Shown here in pieces: positions 10,309 through 20,759 of a stretch of 64,000 bases of DNA (position 1 is the stretch's first letter; every line of letters starts with the position of its first letter). This DNA comes from Polyangiales bacterium. Lineage in GTDB: Bacteria; Myxococcota_A; Polyangia; Polyangiales; Polyangiaceae. A program made the position numbers and the translations under genes. Below the pieces are notes generated by a model. It was not told the DNA's origin and made no database searches. It saw only the letters and a program-made list of their open reading frames with translations. The stretch covers positions 96,001 through 160,000 of the forward strand of contig JBBRLQ010000002.1 of the NCBI GenBank assembly GCA_038231275.1, read 5' to 3'.

Positions 10309-10342
10309 GTCAGTAGCCTCTGTCAGTAGCCGGTCAGTAGCC
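10309..10342. repeat. Three copies of GTCAGTAGCC echoing the kinase stop codon
   Basis: Copies at 10309-10318, 10322-10331 and 10333-10342. Confidence 0.9.
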
Positions 10343-11950
10343 CGCGGACGATGTCGGCGCCGGCGGTCCAGGGATGAGGTTGGGGAACGGAATCGGGAAC
10401 GACGGGAGCGTCGTCGGGAATGGGAACGCCGAGCCCGACGGCATGGGGAACGGCAGGCCGCTGGGGAACGGGTTGGGGAACGGGTTGGGGACCGGCGGCG
10501 GCGTGTCGGGCGATCCGCTCGCCGAGCCGGAGGGATGCGGCTTTGGGCCTGGTCCGGGGCCTGGACCCGGGCCCGGCGGCGTCACCTTCGGCGTGCCGAG
10601 CGGCGTGAGCGAGCCTGGCGGCGCGGGCGCGGTGGCTGGCGTGGTCGGAGGTGTCGTCGGCGGTGGCGGCGCGGGCACCGGCGTCGTCGCCGTCGGCACG
10701 TCCCCGCTACTTCCGTTGCTTCCGCTGCTGCCTCCTTCGAGGCGGCTCAGGAGATCGGTCTGGCTCGCGACGATCGCGCCGATCGCGACGACGCCGAGCA
10801 GCACGATCCCGACCACCGCGCCGGTCCGCGAGCGACGCGGCGGCTCGGCGTCGTGGTCGCTCGGATACGGAGCGTGCGGGACGTGCGGGGCGTGCGCGAT
10901 CGCGGGGGCGACCGGCGTCGCCTGCGCGCGACCCAGCGCCGTCTCGTGCTTCTGCCGCGACGCGCCGTTCGCCGCGGGCGCCGAGGCACCACCGCCGAGG
11001 AGCGACTGCGCCGGCGCGCCCATCACCGTCCCCGTTCCAGCCTCGATCTTCGACAGATCGATCGCGCCGGCCAAGGCTTGCAACGGGACGGTCGGTGGTC
11101 GCTTGCCCTGGAGCGCTCCTTCCAGCGCCGCCCGCATCTCCGCCGCGGTCGCGAAGCGAAGCTCCGGGCGCGCCGCCATCGCGCGGTGCGCGAGGCCCGC
11201 GATCTCCCGCGGCACCGACGGCTCCGCGTGCACGAGCGGCCGAACCTCGCCGCGCTCGACCTTCATCGCGATGACGCGCGCGTCCTCACCCGACACCGGC
11301 CGCACTCCCGCGATCATCTCGTAGAGCATGACGCCGACCGAATACACGTCGCTGCGCGCGTCGACACGATCGGCCGAGAACGCCTGCTCCGGCGCCATGT
11401 ACTCGGCGGTCCCCATGAGGACGCCGGCGACCGTCAGGTTCTTCTGCGTGGCGCCGTCCCGCTTCAGCTTCGCGATGCCGAAGTCGATGAGCTTGAGGAA
11501 CGGCTTGCCGGCGAGCCTCGTGACGAACACATTCTCCGGCTTCAGGTCACGGTGCACGACGCCGAGAGCGTGCGCGGCTTCGAGGGCCGCGAGGATCTGG
11601 AGGGTGTAGTCGCACGCGACCGCGACCGGGAGCTTGTGATCGCGCTCAAGCACCGCCGACAGCGGCTCGCCTTCGAGGAGATCCATGACGATGTACGCGT
11701 TGCCCTCGGGCGTCTGATCGATGTCCGTCACGTGCACGACGTGCGGGCTCCGGATCTGCGCCGCCACGCGCGCCTCCTGGAGGAACCGGTCGACGAGGCC
11801 CGAGTGCCGCACGAGCTCGGCGTGGAGGAACTTGATCGCGACGCGCGTGCCGAGCTTCTCGTGGTGCGCCTCGTACACCGAGCCCATCCCTCCGTCCCCG
11901 AGGAGACGGACGAGCCGGTACTTGCCGCTGATGACCTGCCCGACCTGCAT
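10334..11950 (-). CDS. Hanks-type Ser/Thr protein kinase (TM helix, Pro-rich tail)
   Basis: GDGGMG, VAIK, HRDLKPEN, DFG and APE motifs. Confidence 0.95.
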   Translation of the reverse strand: MQVGQVISGKYRLVRLLGDGGMGSVYEAHHEKLGTRVAIKFLHAELVRHSGLVDRFLQEARVAAQIRSPHVVHVTDIDQTPEGNAYIVMDLLEGEPLSAVLERDHKLPVAVACDYTLQILAALEAAHALGVVHRDLKPENVFVTRLAGKPFLKLIDFGIAKLKRDGATQKNLTVAGVLMGTAEYMAPEQAFSADRVDARSDVYSVGVMLYEMIAGVRPVSGEDARVIAMKVERGEVRPLVHAEPSVPREIAGLAHRAMAARPELRFATAAEMRAALEGALQGKRPPTVPLQALAGAIDLSKIEAGTGTVMGAPAQSLLGGGASAPAANGASRQKHETALGRAQATPVAPAIAHAPHVPHAPYPSDHDAEPPRRSRTGAVVGIVLLGVVAIGAIVASQTDLLSRLEGGSSGSNGSSGDVPTATTPVPAPPPPTTPPTTPATAPAPPGSLTPLGTPKVTPPGPGPGPGPGPKPHPSGSASGSPDTPPPVPNPFPNPFPSGLPFPMPSGSAFPFPTTLPSFPIPFPNLIPGPPAPTSSAGY

Positions 11951-12057
11951 TGCGAAACGGGACTGTAGACCATTCATGGGAAAAACAGGCGAATTGCCGC
12001 ACCGCGTCGTTCGTTGGCCGTTGCGCGTCCAGGCGCCCCGGGAGAAAAAGGGCGGCC

Positions 12058-13056
12058 ATGAAGAGCTCCACGATCCTGGGCGTCGGCCACTACGTTCCCA
12101 CGAAGGTCGTCACCAACGACGATCTCTCCAAGCTCATGACGACCACCGACGAGTGGATCGTCCAGCGCTCCGGGATCAAGGAGCGACGCTTCATCGAGCA
12201 CTCCGGCATCGGCGCGAGCGATTTGGCGGTGCCGGCGACGACGATGGCCTTGGAGCACGCGGGGCTCGAGGCCAAGCAGATTGACGCCATCATCTTTGCA
12301 ACCCTCTCCCCCGACCACAACTTCCCCGGCTCGGGCTGCTTCCTCGGCCACAAGCTCGGCCTTCCGGGCGTCCCGGCGCTCGACGTGCGAAACCAGTGCT
12401 CGGGCTTCCTCTACGGGCTTTCGATCGCCGACGCGTGGATCCGCGCGGGCGTCTACAAGAAGGTGCTCCTCGTCGGCGCAGAGGTTCACTCCACCGGGAT
12501 CGAGCTGACCGATCGCGGGCGCGACGTCGCGGTGCTGTTCGGCGACGGCGCCGGCGCGGCGATCATCGGCGAGTCGGACGACGACGCGCGTGGCATCAAG
12601 GGCATCAAGCTCCACGCCGACGGCGCGGGCGCCAAGGACCTCTGGCTCGAAGCGCCGGCGAGCGCGTACGAGCCGCGCCTCACGAAGGAGATGCTCGACG
12701 AGGGGAAGCACTTCCCCGCCATGAACGGCAAGCAGGTCTTCCGCTGGGCGACCGAGAAGATGCCGGAGGTCGCGCGCGAGGTGCTCGCCGAGTCGAAGCT
12801 CACGCCCGCCGACGTCGATCTCTTCGTGCCACACCAGGCGAACATGCGCATCAACCAGATGGTGTGCGCCAAGCTCGGGATCCCCGAGGACAAGACGGTT
12901 CACAACATCCAGAAGTACGGAAATACGACCGCCGCGACGATTCCGCTCGGCCTCTCGGAGGCGTGGCGCGAGGGCCGATGCGCGCGCGGATCAAACGTGC
13001 TCTTCGCGGCGTTCGGCTCCGGCTACACGTGGGGCGCTGCGGTCGTTCGACTCTGA
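12058..13056 (+). CDS. fabH: 3-oxoacyl-ACP synthase III (FabH family)
   Basis: NQCSGF (Cys), FGDGAGA, PHQAN and YGNT motifs. Confidence 0.9.
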   Translation: MKSSTILGVGHYVPTKVVTNDDLSKLMTTTDEWIVQRSGIKERRFIEHSGIGASDLAVPATTMALEHAGLEAKQIDAIIFATLSPDHNFPGSGCFLGHKLGLPGVPALDVRNQCSGFLYGLSIADAWIRAGVYKKVLLVGAEVHSTGIELTDRGRDVAVLFGDGAGAAIIGESDDDARGIKGIKLHADGAGAKDLWLEAPASAYEPRLTKEMLDEGKHFPAMNGKQVFRWATEKMPEVAREVLAESKLTPADVDLFVPHQANMRINQMVCAKLGIPEDKTVHNIQKYGNTTAATIPLGLSEAWREGRCARGSNVLFAAFGSGYTWGAAVVRL

Positions 13057-13082
13057 GACGCGAGCGCATGACCGTCACGCCG

Positions 13083-14204
13083 TCACGCCGCGTCGCGGAT
13101 CTCGCGCGGCTCGGGCGGCTCGGGTCGAAGCAGCGCGCCCACGGTCTCGGCGTCGTCGATCGATGCGAAGACGGGCACGAGGCTCGTGCGATCTTGCCCG
13201 CCGAACGCGCCCATCGGCGCGAGCGCGCGCGCGCGGGGGCCGTCGAGCACCAAGAAGAGATCGTGGAGCGCGCCGACCTTGTCCTTCTGCGGCGCGGCGA
13301 TGACGTAGGCGATCCGCGAGCGATCGAGGTGCAGCTCTTCGAGGCCGCGGTGGATGAGCACGCGCCGATCGGTGACGAAATAACGTGTGACGCGGGCGAG
13401 CCTCGACGGCCGCACGAGCGCGCTGTAGCCAACGCCGACGGCGACCGCGACGAGGAGCAGCGCACCGAGCGCGACGCCGAGGACGAGCAGCGCGATGGCG
13501 CCGGGAGGCAGCGCGTGGAGTCGGAGGATCTTCGCGAGCGGCGGGATCGCCTTGGCCACAGTGCGAATCGCGGCGAGCGCGAGGACGGTCGCGAGCGCCA
13601 TCGAGACGACGCGGCGCACGGTCCACGGTGACGCCATCGGCACGGCGGTCCACACGACGCGTTCACCGTCGTCGAGTCGCTGCGCGAGCGCACGCGATCC
13701 GTCACCGAGCGAAGCGCCGGGAGCGACGCCGCGTACGATCGACCAGATACGATCGGGGGCCTCGACGTCCGACAGCGTCAAGCTGAGCGTTCGCCGCAGC
13801 GCGCCGGTGGGAACGGCGCGGACGAGCACGAGATCGCCGCTCGTGGAGTCGGCGGCGCTCCAGCGGATGAGCGCGTAGCTCACGGCGTCGCGATCGATCA
13901 TGCGGCGGATGCGGCCGCGGCGCCAGATGACGTGCTTGTCGGTGACCAGGTACTCGACGCCCGAGCGCCACACGAGAGGCAGCCGCCACGCCGCGAGGGC
14001 GAGGCTCGCGCACCACCCGGCGAACGCCACCATTCCGCCGACGTGGACGTGGAGCGTGCGCCCCAGCACCGCGGCGAAGCAGAGCGTGCTCAAGGCGAAC
14101 ACCACCAGGCACGCCGCGGCGAGCCGGTAAAACAGCGGGACGCTAACGACCTTCGGCCGCCCGCTCCAGATGATCTGCTCTCCAAACAGCGAGTCGCGCG
14201 CCAT
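13083..14204 (-). CDS. Membrane protein with two bacterial PH-like domains
   Basis: Repeated unit W(S/T)xxP - 2 TM - Y(L/F)VTD(K/R)xVL/I. Confidence 0.6.
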   Translation of the reverse strand: MARDSLFGEQIIWSGRPKVVSVPLFYRLAAACLVVFALSTLCFAAVLGRTLHVHVGGMVAFAGWCASLALAAWRLPLVWRSGVEYLVTDKHVIWRRGRIRRMIDRDAVSYALIRWSAADSTSGDLVLVRAVPTGALRRTLSLTLSDVEAPDRIWSIVRGVAPGASLGDGSRALAQRLDDGERVVWTAVPMASPWTVRRVVSMALATVLALAAIRTVAKAIPPLAKILRLHALPPGAIALLVLGVALGALLLVAVAVGVGYSALVRPSRLARVTRYFVTDRRVLIHRGLEELHLDRSRIAYVIAAPQKDKVGALHDLFLVLDGPRARALAPMGAFGGQDRTSLVPVFASIDDAETVGALLRPEPPEPREIRDAA

Positions 14205-14345
14205 ACGTCCTCTAAGCGTGCGCCCGCCGACCCGAAGTGACAAGGGCACCAGGCCGACGAGCTCACCGCGAACGTCCGCGGCGGGCCGCGGCCGATGGTG
14301 GGTAAGGGAACGACCCGCAGAACGCGCCGATCTTGGGTCGGCCGA

Positions 14346-15368
14346 TTACCGCGGCAGCGGACGGGCGGCGACGCGGCGCGACGGCCCACGGGCGCGCGCG
14401 CTCTCGACGAAGGCGGCGCAGAGCGCGGGGAAGTCCATGCCTGCCGCCGCCGCCTCCTCTGGATAGAGGCTCGTCGCGGTCATCCCGGGCATCGTGTTCA
14501 CCTCGAGCAGCGTGATCCTCGAAGGGGAGTCGGCGTCGCCCACCACGAAGTCCGCGCGCGACAGGTCACGGCAGCCGAGCGCGCGGTGGGCGGCGAGCGC
14601 CACGCGCAGGACCTCGCCGGTGAGCTCGCCGAGTTCGGCTGGGCACGTGTGGACGCTGCGCCCCGGCGCGTAGCGCGCTTCGTACGTGTAGAATGCATCT
14701 TTCGGCGAGGCGATCTCGGTCGGCGGAAGCGCGCGTGGCTCCTGGCCATGGAGATCCAGAATGCCGCACGTGATCTCCCGCCCCATCGCGAAGTGCTCGA
14801 CGATCGCGACGTCGTCGAGCTCCCACACCGCGTCGAGCGCGCGGGCGACGTCAGCGTCGGGCGCATCCTCGGCCAGCCGCGTCACGCCGATCTCCGAGCC
14901 GTGCGACGCCGGCTTCACGACGAGGCGCGCGCCGATCTCGCGACGCGCTCTGGCTGCGCCGACGGCTGCATCTCCCCGCGAAAGCGCGAGGCCCTTGGCC
15001 ACCGGCAGCCCCTCTTCGGCGAAGACGCGGCGCGCGAGCCGCTTGTCCATCGCCAGCGCGCTCGCGAGCACGTTGGAGCCAACGTACGGGATCTCGAGCA
15101 CCTCGAGCAAACCTTGAAGCGCGCCGTCCTCCCCGACCGCGCCGTGGACCACCGGAAACACGACCTCGTAGCCGCCGCCGCGAAGCGACTCGGCGAGGAA
15201 CGCGTCGAGCTCCAGGCGCGCCGCTTGATGCCCCGCCGCCACGAGCGCCCTCGCCACCGCCGCCGCTCCCGCCCGGCTGACCTCCGCCTCGCTCGACGGC
15301 CCGCCCTGCACGACCGCGACCGAAAGGCGCCGCGCCGCCCCTTTCTTCTCCGCGCTCGCCTCGCTCAT
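14346..15368 (-). CDS. ddl: D-alanine-D-alanine ligase
   Basis: GGPSSEAEVS, HGAVGEDG, VKP..GS and LEVNTMPG motifs. Confidence 0.92.
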   Translation of the reverse strand: MSEASAEKKGAARRLSVAVVQGGPSSEAEVSRAGAAAVARALVAAGHQAARLELDAFLAESLRGGGYEVVFPVVHGAVGEDGALQGLLEVLEIPYVGSNVLASALAMDKRLARRVFAEEGLPVAKGLALSRGDAAVGAARARREIGARLVVKPASHGSEIGVTRLAEDAPDADVARALDAVWELDDVAIVEHFAMGREITCGILDLHGQEPRALPPTEIASPKDAFYTYEARYAPGRSVHTCPAELGELTGEVLRVALAAHRALGCRDLSRADFVVGDADSPSRITLLEVNTMPGMTATSLYPEEAAAAGMDFPALCAAFVESARARGPSRRVAARPLPR

Positions 15369-15805
15369 GCGCTCTTGGAGAGATCGACGAGCTCGATGCC
15401 GATCTTCTGCGAGAACTCGTAGATCTTCTGATCGCGGTAGAATTCGCCGAAGTAGATGCGCCCGATCCCGGCGTTCGCGATGAGGCGGAAGCACCCCCAG
15501 CACGGCGACGCGGTCACGTAGATGCCCGCCTGGTCGATCCTCACGCCGTTCTTGGCGGCCTGCACGATCGCGTTGGCCTCGGCGTGCACCGTGCGAACGC
15601 AGTGCCCTTCTTCCATCAAGTGCCCCTCCTCGTCGCAGTGCGGGAGGCCGCGAATCGAGCCGTTGTAGCCCGTCGCGAGGATCGACTTGTCGCGGACGAT
15701 GACGGCGCCCACGTGCTTGCGATCGCAGGTCGAGCGCGTGCCGACCTCACGCGCGATGTTCATGAAGTACTGGTCCCAGGAGGCACGGGGCGTCTCGCGC
15801 GGCAT
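15365..15805 (-). CDS. dCMP deaminase / ComEB family
   Basis: HAEANA and PCWGC zinc motifs, RSTC, GYNG. Confidence 0.92.
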   Translation of the reverse strand: MPRETPRASWDQYFMNIAREVGTRSTCDRKHVGAVIVRDKSILATGYNGSIRGLPHCDEEGHLMEEGHCVRTVHAEANAIVQAAKNGVRIDQAGIYVTASPCWGCFRLIANAGIGRIYFGEFYRDQKIYEFSQKIGIELVDLSKSA

Positions 15806-15854
15806 GGTGCGGATTGCTACCACGCGGCCCCCACCTCTACTATCCTGAAGGGCG

Positions 15855-16820
15855 ATGCGGCATTCGTCCCTCGTGGCAGCGGTCGTCGCGTGCGTGCTGG
15901 TCGGCGTTCAGGGAACGCCGGTCGCACGCGCCGCCGAGCCGTGGACGCCGCCGATCTTCGCCGCGCCGAAGACGCCGAAGCCGCCGCCGCCCGCCGTGCC
16001 CGCCTTCGCCGACGTGGAGACCGCCGAGCAGCTGTACGGAAAGCTCGAGTTCGAGGACGCGAACAAGGTCGCCGAGCGCGTCGTCAAGCAGCGGGGCCTG
16101 TCGCACGACCAGCTCGTGCGCGCGTACAAGATCCTCGCCGTCACGCACGGCTTCCTCGATCACGAAGATCCGGCGCGTGAGGCGTTCATCCTCCTCATGA
16201 CCTACGAGCCGGAGTACCAGGTCGATCCGAACCAAGGCCCCAAGGTGACGACGCCGTTCTTCGAGGCGCGCGGTTTCTGGCGCGCCCAGCCGATGAAGCC
16301 GGGCATCGAGGTCGCGGCCACCGTGCGCGCGCAGGAAGCCGGCGTCCTCCGCGTGACGACGCGCGATCCGACCCACATCGTGAAGAAGGTCACCGTCGGC
16401 TACCGCTGGTCGACGTCCGGCGACTACGCAACGGCGCAGGCGAACGTCGGCCAAAGCGTCGCGGTCGATCTCCCCGCTCCTCCCGCCGGCAAGACTCGCG
16501 TCGAGTACTACGCGCAGGCGCTCGACGATCGCGACGACGTCGCCTTCGAGGTCGGCAACCCTCAAGCCCCCAAGTCGGCCGTGGCCGATGCGCAGCCGAC
16601 CGTCGCGACGCCCCCCGTCACCGGCGGGGGCGGGAAAGACGGCGACAAGGGGGGCGGCGGCGGCGTCTTCTCGAGCCCCGTCTTCTGGACGATCGCGGGC
16701 ATCGTCGTGGTCGGCGGCGCGGCCGGCGCGTTCTTCCTCTTCCGTCAGAAGGACGTCGCGGCCCCCACGCAGGCGGCCCTCACGCCGTCGCTCCAGTGCG
16801 GCATCGCGAAATGCAACTGA
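15855..16820 (+). CDS. Secreted TPR-like protein with C-terminal TM anchor
   Basis: Signal peptide, helical repeat region, C-terminal FWTIAGIVVVGG TM segment; GC-typical codon frame. Confidence 0.6.
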   Translation: MRHSSLVAAVVACVLVGVQGTPVARAAEPWTPPIFAAPKTPKPPPPAVPAFADVETAEQLYGKLEFEDANKVAERVVKQRGLSHDQLVRAYKILAVTHGFLDHEDPAREAFILLMTYEPEYQVDPNQGPKVTTPFFEARGFWRAQPMKPGIEVAATVRAQEAGVLRVTTRDPTHIVKKVTVGYRWSTSGDYATAQANVGQSVAVDLPAPPAGKTRVEYYAQALDDRDDVAFEVGNPQAPKSAVADAQPTVATPPVTGGGGKDGDKGGGGGVFSSPVFWTIAGIVVVGGAAGAFFLFRQKDVAAPTQAALTPSLQCGIAKCN

Positions 16821-16843
16821 CGCGCTACTGACGCGCTACTGAC
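16816..16843. repeat. 11-bp tandem repeat ACTGACGCGCT x2.5 between convergent stop codons
   Basis: 16816-16826, 16827-16837 and partial 16838-16843. Confidence 0.85.
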
Positions 16844-17348
16844 AGCGCGCGGCGCAGTGATCGCCGAGGGTCGCGCACTTGGTGGCCGGCACGTCGAGAG
16901 TCGTCGACGCGAGCGCGAGCTGCACCGGCACCTGCGTGCTCCCTTCGCCGACGTTCTGGATGGCGCACCCGATCAGGAAATCGGCGTTGTTCTTCTGCGC
17001 CACCGCGAGCACCGCGCGGGCGCCGTACGAGATCGTGACCTGGCCCTTGCCGGCGGACAGCTCGCACGTCGGCACGAGCGCGGCCTCGACGAGCGGCGTC
17101 GGCAGCGCCTGGTTGCTCTTGCGCGCGAGGACGAGGGACGGGCACAGCTGCGCGCCTCCATCCGCCGCGTCGAAGACGTAGACCTTCACCCCATCGCTCG
17201 CGACCGCCGCGGCGGTGGACGGAAACGTGATGGTGTACGTCCCGGTGGACGGCGGCGCGGCGTCCTTGGCCGAGCACGCGACGAACACGACGCTGGACAC
17301 GACGGGGACGAGCGCGAGGAGCGCGGTGCCGACGACGAAGCGGATCAT
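16836..17348 (-). CDS. Hypothetical lipoprotein
   Basis: FVAC lipobox; ATGA overlap with upstream substrate-binding protein. Confidence 0.65.
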   Translation of the reverse strand: MIRFVVGTALLALVPVVSSVVFVACSAKDAAPPSTGTYTITFPSTAAAVASDGVKVYVFDAADGGAQLCPSLVLARKSNQALPTPLVEAALVPTCELSAGKGQVTISYGARAVLAVAQKNNADFLIGCAIQNVGEGSTQVPVQLALASTTLDVPATKCATLGDHCAARCQ

Positions 17349-18733
17349 TGGAGCTCTGTGGCCTTGATGCGATCGATGGGCGGCTCGGCGTACGCGCCGG
17401 CCACGACCTTCCAGACGATGTAGTCGGAGATCGTGTTCCCGTTGTCGTCGAGATCGACGTTGCCGGACGCCCCCTTGTAGTCGATGTCCTGCCCGCTGAG
17501 GATCGCCTGGATCGCGTCGCCGAGCTGCGCGGGGCCGTAGGCGATGCCGCCCTTCGAGACCTGGTAAAGCGCGTCGCGGATCTTGGCGCCGTCGGTCACC
17601 GTCCCCGCCTGCACGATGGCGAGGATGGCGAGGATCGCGGCGTCGTACGTATTCGCGGTGTACGCGTCGGGCTGTTTCCCTGCGCCGAGCGGGAAGTATG
17701 CATTATACAAATTTCTGAAATCCGAGAACTCGCCGGTCGGGGGGTTCGTGTCGGGGTTGGTGCCATAGACGCCTTCGGCCACCGTGGGCGACGACGGGTT
17801 CGTCTTGTCGGCGCGGCCGTTGGTGATGAAGCCGGACGTGTAGACGCCGTCGGTACCGATGACGATGAAGTCCGGTCCGAGCTCGGCGATGCGCGACTTC
17901 AGGTCGACCATGTACTGATCGCCGACGTCGTCGTAAGCGATCAGGGCCTGGCACTGCGGGGTCGACTTGATGACCTGATCGACCTCCGCCTTGTAGTTGT
18001 CGGCGCGCTTCACCGGCACCTTCACGTTCGCGGTGATGGTGCCCCCTTTGCCCCGGAGGTAGTCGCCGACGACCTTCGACATCGCGTTGCCGTACGAATT
18101 GTCGATGTAGACCATCGCCATCTTCGTGCAGAAGGAGGTGCCCACGGTGCCGCCGTCCACGCCGCCGTCGGTGCCCCCGGTGCGCGGCGGCCCCTTCAGG
18201 GCGAAGAGGGCGACGGCCTTGCCTTGCAGATCGTCGGGCGGCGTCGTTCGGAAAAAGTAGCGATCGTGCGACGGCTGGATCGTGGACAGATCCGGCGAGG
18301 TCGCGCTCGGCGAGATCATGATCACGTGCTTGTCGGCCGCGAGCTTCTGCGTGGCCACGACCTGCGAGCTGCCGACGGGGCCGATGAGGGCTACGGCGCC
18401 GAGATCGAGCAGGCTCTGAACGGCCTTCGCGGCGACCGCGCCCTCGTCGCTCGTGTCGTCGACGACCTTGAAGGAGACGGGCCGGCCGGAGATGCCGCCG
18501 AGCGAGTTGATCTGACCCTCGGCGACGCGGATCGCGTTTTGAAGAGGCGCGCTGAACGAGTCGAGCGAGCCCGTCAGGCCGAGCGAGACGCCGATGATGA
18601 TCGGCTGGGCGGCGGGCGGCGTCGGCGAGTGCTCCTTTTGCCCGCACGCGCCGCCGGTCATCGGCAAGAGCGGGAGTAGCGACAGCGCCGCGACCTGCGC
18701 GAGGCGTCGCCCGAAGAAGCGACTTCTGATCAT
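17345..18733 (-). CDS. LivK/LivJ-like periplasmic substrate-binding lipoprotein
   Basis: INSLGGISGRP, ISPSATSP, FFRT, YDAA and YKGASG motifs typical of branched-chain amino-acid binding proteins. Confidence 0.88.
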   Translation of the reverse strand: MIRSRFFGRRLAQVAALSLLPLLPMTGGACGQKEHSPTPPAAQPIIIGVSLGLTGSLDSFSAPLQNAIRVAEGQINSLGGISGRPVSFKVVDDTSDEGAVAAKAVQSLLDLGAVALIGPVGSSQVVATQKLAADKHVIMISPSATSPDLSTIQPSHDRYFFRTTPPDDLQGKAVALFALKGPPRTGGTDGGVDGGTVGTSFCTKMAMVYIDNSYGNAMSKVVGDYLRGKGGTITANVKVPVKRADNYKAEVDQVIKSTPQCQALIAYDDVGDQYMVDLKSRIAELGPDFIVIGTDGVYTSGFITNGRADKTNPSSPTVAEGVYGTNPDTNPPTGEFSDFRNLYNAYFPLGAGKQPDAYTANTYDAAILAILAIVQAGTVTDGAKIRDALYQVSKGGIAYGPAQLGDAIQAILSGQDIDYKGASGNVDLDDNGNTISDYIVWKVVAGAYAEPPIDRIKATELQ

Positions 18734-20616
18734 TTCAATCCAAGGCTCCTGCTGAAGTTCTCCCCGCTCTTGATGGTCACAGTATACGTCTGCTTGATGC
18801 CCTGGTCAGGGTTCTCGAGCGTGAGGACGTGGGTGCCGGCGGGGAGGGAGAGCTTGTAGAGGGGCGTCGTCCCGAGAGACCGCCCACCCTCGGACACCTT
18901 CGTGAAGGGGTAGGTCTGGAGGGTGAGGAAGCCCGGATCGTCCGACGCGGCGGGCTGCCCCGAGGGCGGCGGGGGCGGAGGCGGAGGCTTGTGGGTCGGA
19001 CCCGGGTGCGGGTTCGGGTTCGGCTTTCTTCCGCTCGGCGAGAGGGGCGGTGTGTCGTTCGTCGCGAGCGCGGACGCCGTCGGCGATGTGGAGAGCGGCG
19101 AAGACGCGGACGGCGCGGTCGGATCCACCGTCACGAGCGCGCTCGGTGTCGGTGCGGAGCCAACCGTCGCGGCCGCGTCGATCCCCGCGATGGGACCCGT
19201 CTTGACGTGCGGCCTCAAGAGGAGCGCCAGCGTGACGAGGAACCCGAGGCCCAAAAGGAGCGCGACGACCAGCAGCGCGACGCGCCCTCCCCCGCTCGGC
19301 TGCGGCTGCGGGTTCAGGTACTGCGAGGGGTGCGTCTGCACCGACGGCATCGGCGGCATGACGCTCTGCACTTGCCCCGAGTGCGCCATCGAGGGCGGGG
19401 GAGGCGCGGCCTGCTGCTGCGACTCCGGCGCGGGCGGCGGGTACGCGGAGATGACGCCGCTGCCGCTCCCGCTCCCGCCGAGCCGCAGGAGTTTCGTCGA
19501 GCCGTTCTGCTCGAGGCGCTTGAGCGAGTCCGCCGTCAGCGCCTGCAGCTCGCCCGTCGAGCTCGCCGCCGAGACCGCCGCCATGTGCGTCTGAATCTGG
19601 CGCTGCACCTCTTCGCGGAGGCGCAGGAACATGTTGCCGATGACGCGCCCGACGTCGTCCTGCTTCACGAGGCGGCCGGTGCTGCCGATCCACCCCTCGA
19701 GCGCGTCGCGCATCTCGGCGCCGCTCTGGAAGCGTCTGTCCGGCTCCTTCTCCAAGGCCTTCGCGACGATCGCGTCGAGGTGCGGATCGATCCCCGGCAT
19801 CACGCTCGAGACGCGCGGGATCGAGAGGTTCATCAGGCGGTGGAGCGTGTTGGCCGCGCTGTCGCCGGTCATCAAGCGCTGCTGGGTCAAGAGCTCCCAC
19901 AGCACGATGCCCATCGCGAAGAGATCGGCGCGCGCGTCGATGGGGCCGCCCATGGCCTGCTCGGGCGCCATGTACGCGACCTTGCCCTTGAGGACGCCGA
20001 CCTCGGTCTCCGTCGAGCTCAGCGCCGCCTTGGCGATGCCGAAGTCGACGAGTTTCACGTGGCCGTCGTACGTCGCGAAGATGTTGTGAGGGCTGACGTC
20101 GCGATGGATGATGTTGAGAGGTCGCCCGTCGTAGTCGCGGAGCTCGTGCGCGTGGTGCAGGCCGGCCACCGCGTCGGCCACGATGCGTGCACAATACATG
20201 GGGTCGATGCGGTCGCCCCGCTTGACGGCTTCCTTGATGACCTTGTTGAGGGACTGCCCCTCCAGGTACTCCATCGCGATAAAGTAGATCCCGTGGTGCT
20301 CGCCGACCTCGTACGTGTGGACGACGTTGGGGTGGTTCAGGCGGGCGGCGAGGCGGGCCTCGTCGAGGAACATCTGCCGGAACGCGGCCTCTTCGGCGAG
20401 CGCGGGGCGGAGGCGCTTGATGACGACGAGCTTGTTGAAACCCATGGGCCCGCGCGAGACGGCGAGGAACACGTCCGCCATGCCGCCACGGCCGAGGGAG
20501 GCGAAGAGCTGGTATTTGCCAAACGAAAACGCGGCGGCGGCGTTGGAGCCGGACCGCAGCCCTTCGACGATCGTGCCGGCCTCCTCGGCTTGCTGGCCAT
20601 TACCCGCCCCGGGCAT
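18730..20616 (-). CDS. Ser/Thr protein kinase with TM helix and C-terminal PEGA-like domain
   Basis: [17 protein letters not shown] and APE motifs; GTTPL..LPAGTH PEGA-like tail. Confidence 0.93.
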   Translation of the reverse strand: MPGAGNGQQAEEAGTIVEGLRSGSNAAAAFSFGKYQLFASLGRGGMADVFLAVSRGPMGFNKLVVIKRLRPALAEEAAFRQMFLDEARLAARLNHPNVVHTYEVGEHHGIYFIAMEYLEGQSLNKVIKEAVKRGDRIDPMYCARIVADAVAGLHHAHELRDYDGRPLNIIHRDVSPHNIFATYDGHVKLVDFGIAKAALSSTETEVGVLKGKVAYMAPEQAMGGPIDARADLFAMGIVLWELLTQQRLMTGDSAANTLHRLMNLSIPRVSSVMPGIDPHLDAIVAKALEKEPDRRFQSGAEMRDALEGWIGSTGRLVKQDDVGRVIGNMFLRLREEVQRQIQTHMAAVSAASSTGELQALTADSLKRLEQNGSTKLLRLGGSGSGSGVISAYPPPAPESQQQAAPPPPSMAHSGQVQSVMPPMPSVQTHPSQYLNPQPQPSGGGRVALLVVALLLGLGFLVTLALLLRPHVKTGPIAGIDAAATVGSAPTPSALVTVDPTAPSASSPLSTSPTASALATNDTPPLSPSGRKPNPNPHPGPTHKPPPPPPPPSGQPAASDDPGFLTLQTYPFTKVSEGGRSLGTTPLYKLSLPAGTHVLTLENPDQGIKQTYTVTIKSGENFSRSLGLK

Positions 20617-20625
20617 CCCACATAT

Positions 20626-20654
20626 GGACTATCCGTCCGGGGGGTCCCGGTCAA
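20626..20654 (-). promoter_or_regulatory. Putative sigma70-type promoter
   Basis: Minus strand TTGACC - N17 - TAGTCC just upstream of the kinase ATG. Confidence 0.35.
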
Positions 20655-20759
20655 GGTGAGCAGGGCAAAGACCCTCGCAAATTCAGTGGGTTTTGCCGCA
20701 AAGGATGCGTGCGCTCCCGACGTACTACGCGGGGAGGTTCGCCGGGCGCGGCGTGCGGG

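Noticed and set aside
10400-10580. GGGAACGG and GGGCC repeats
   Set aside because: Encode PNPF/PFP and PG low-complexity kinase tail; not a CRISPR array or ncRNA
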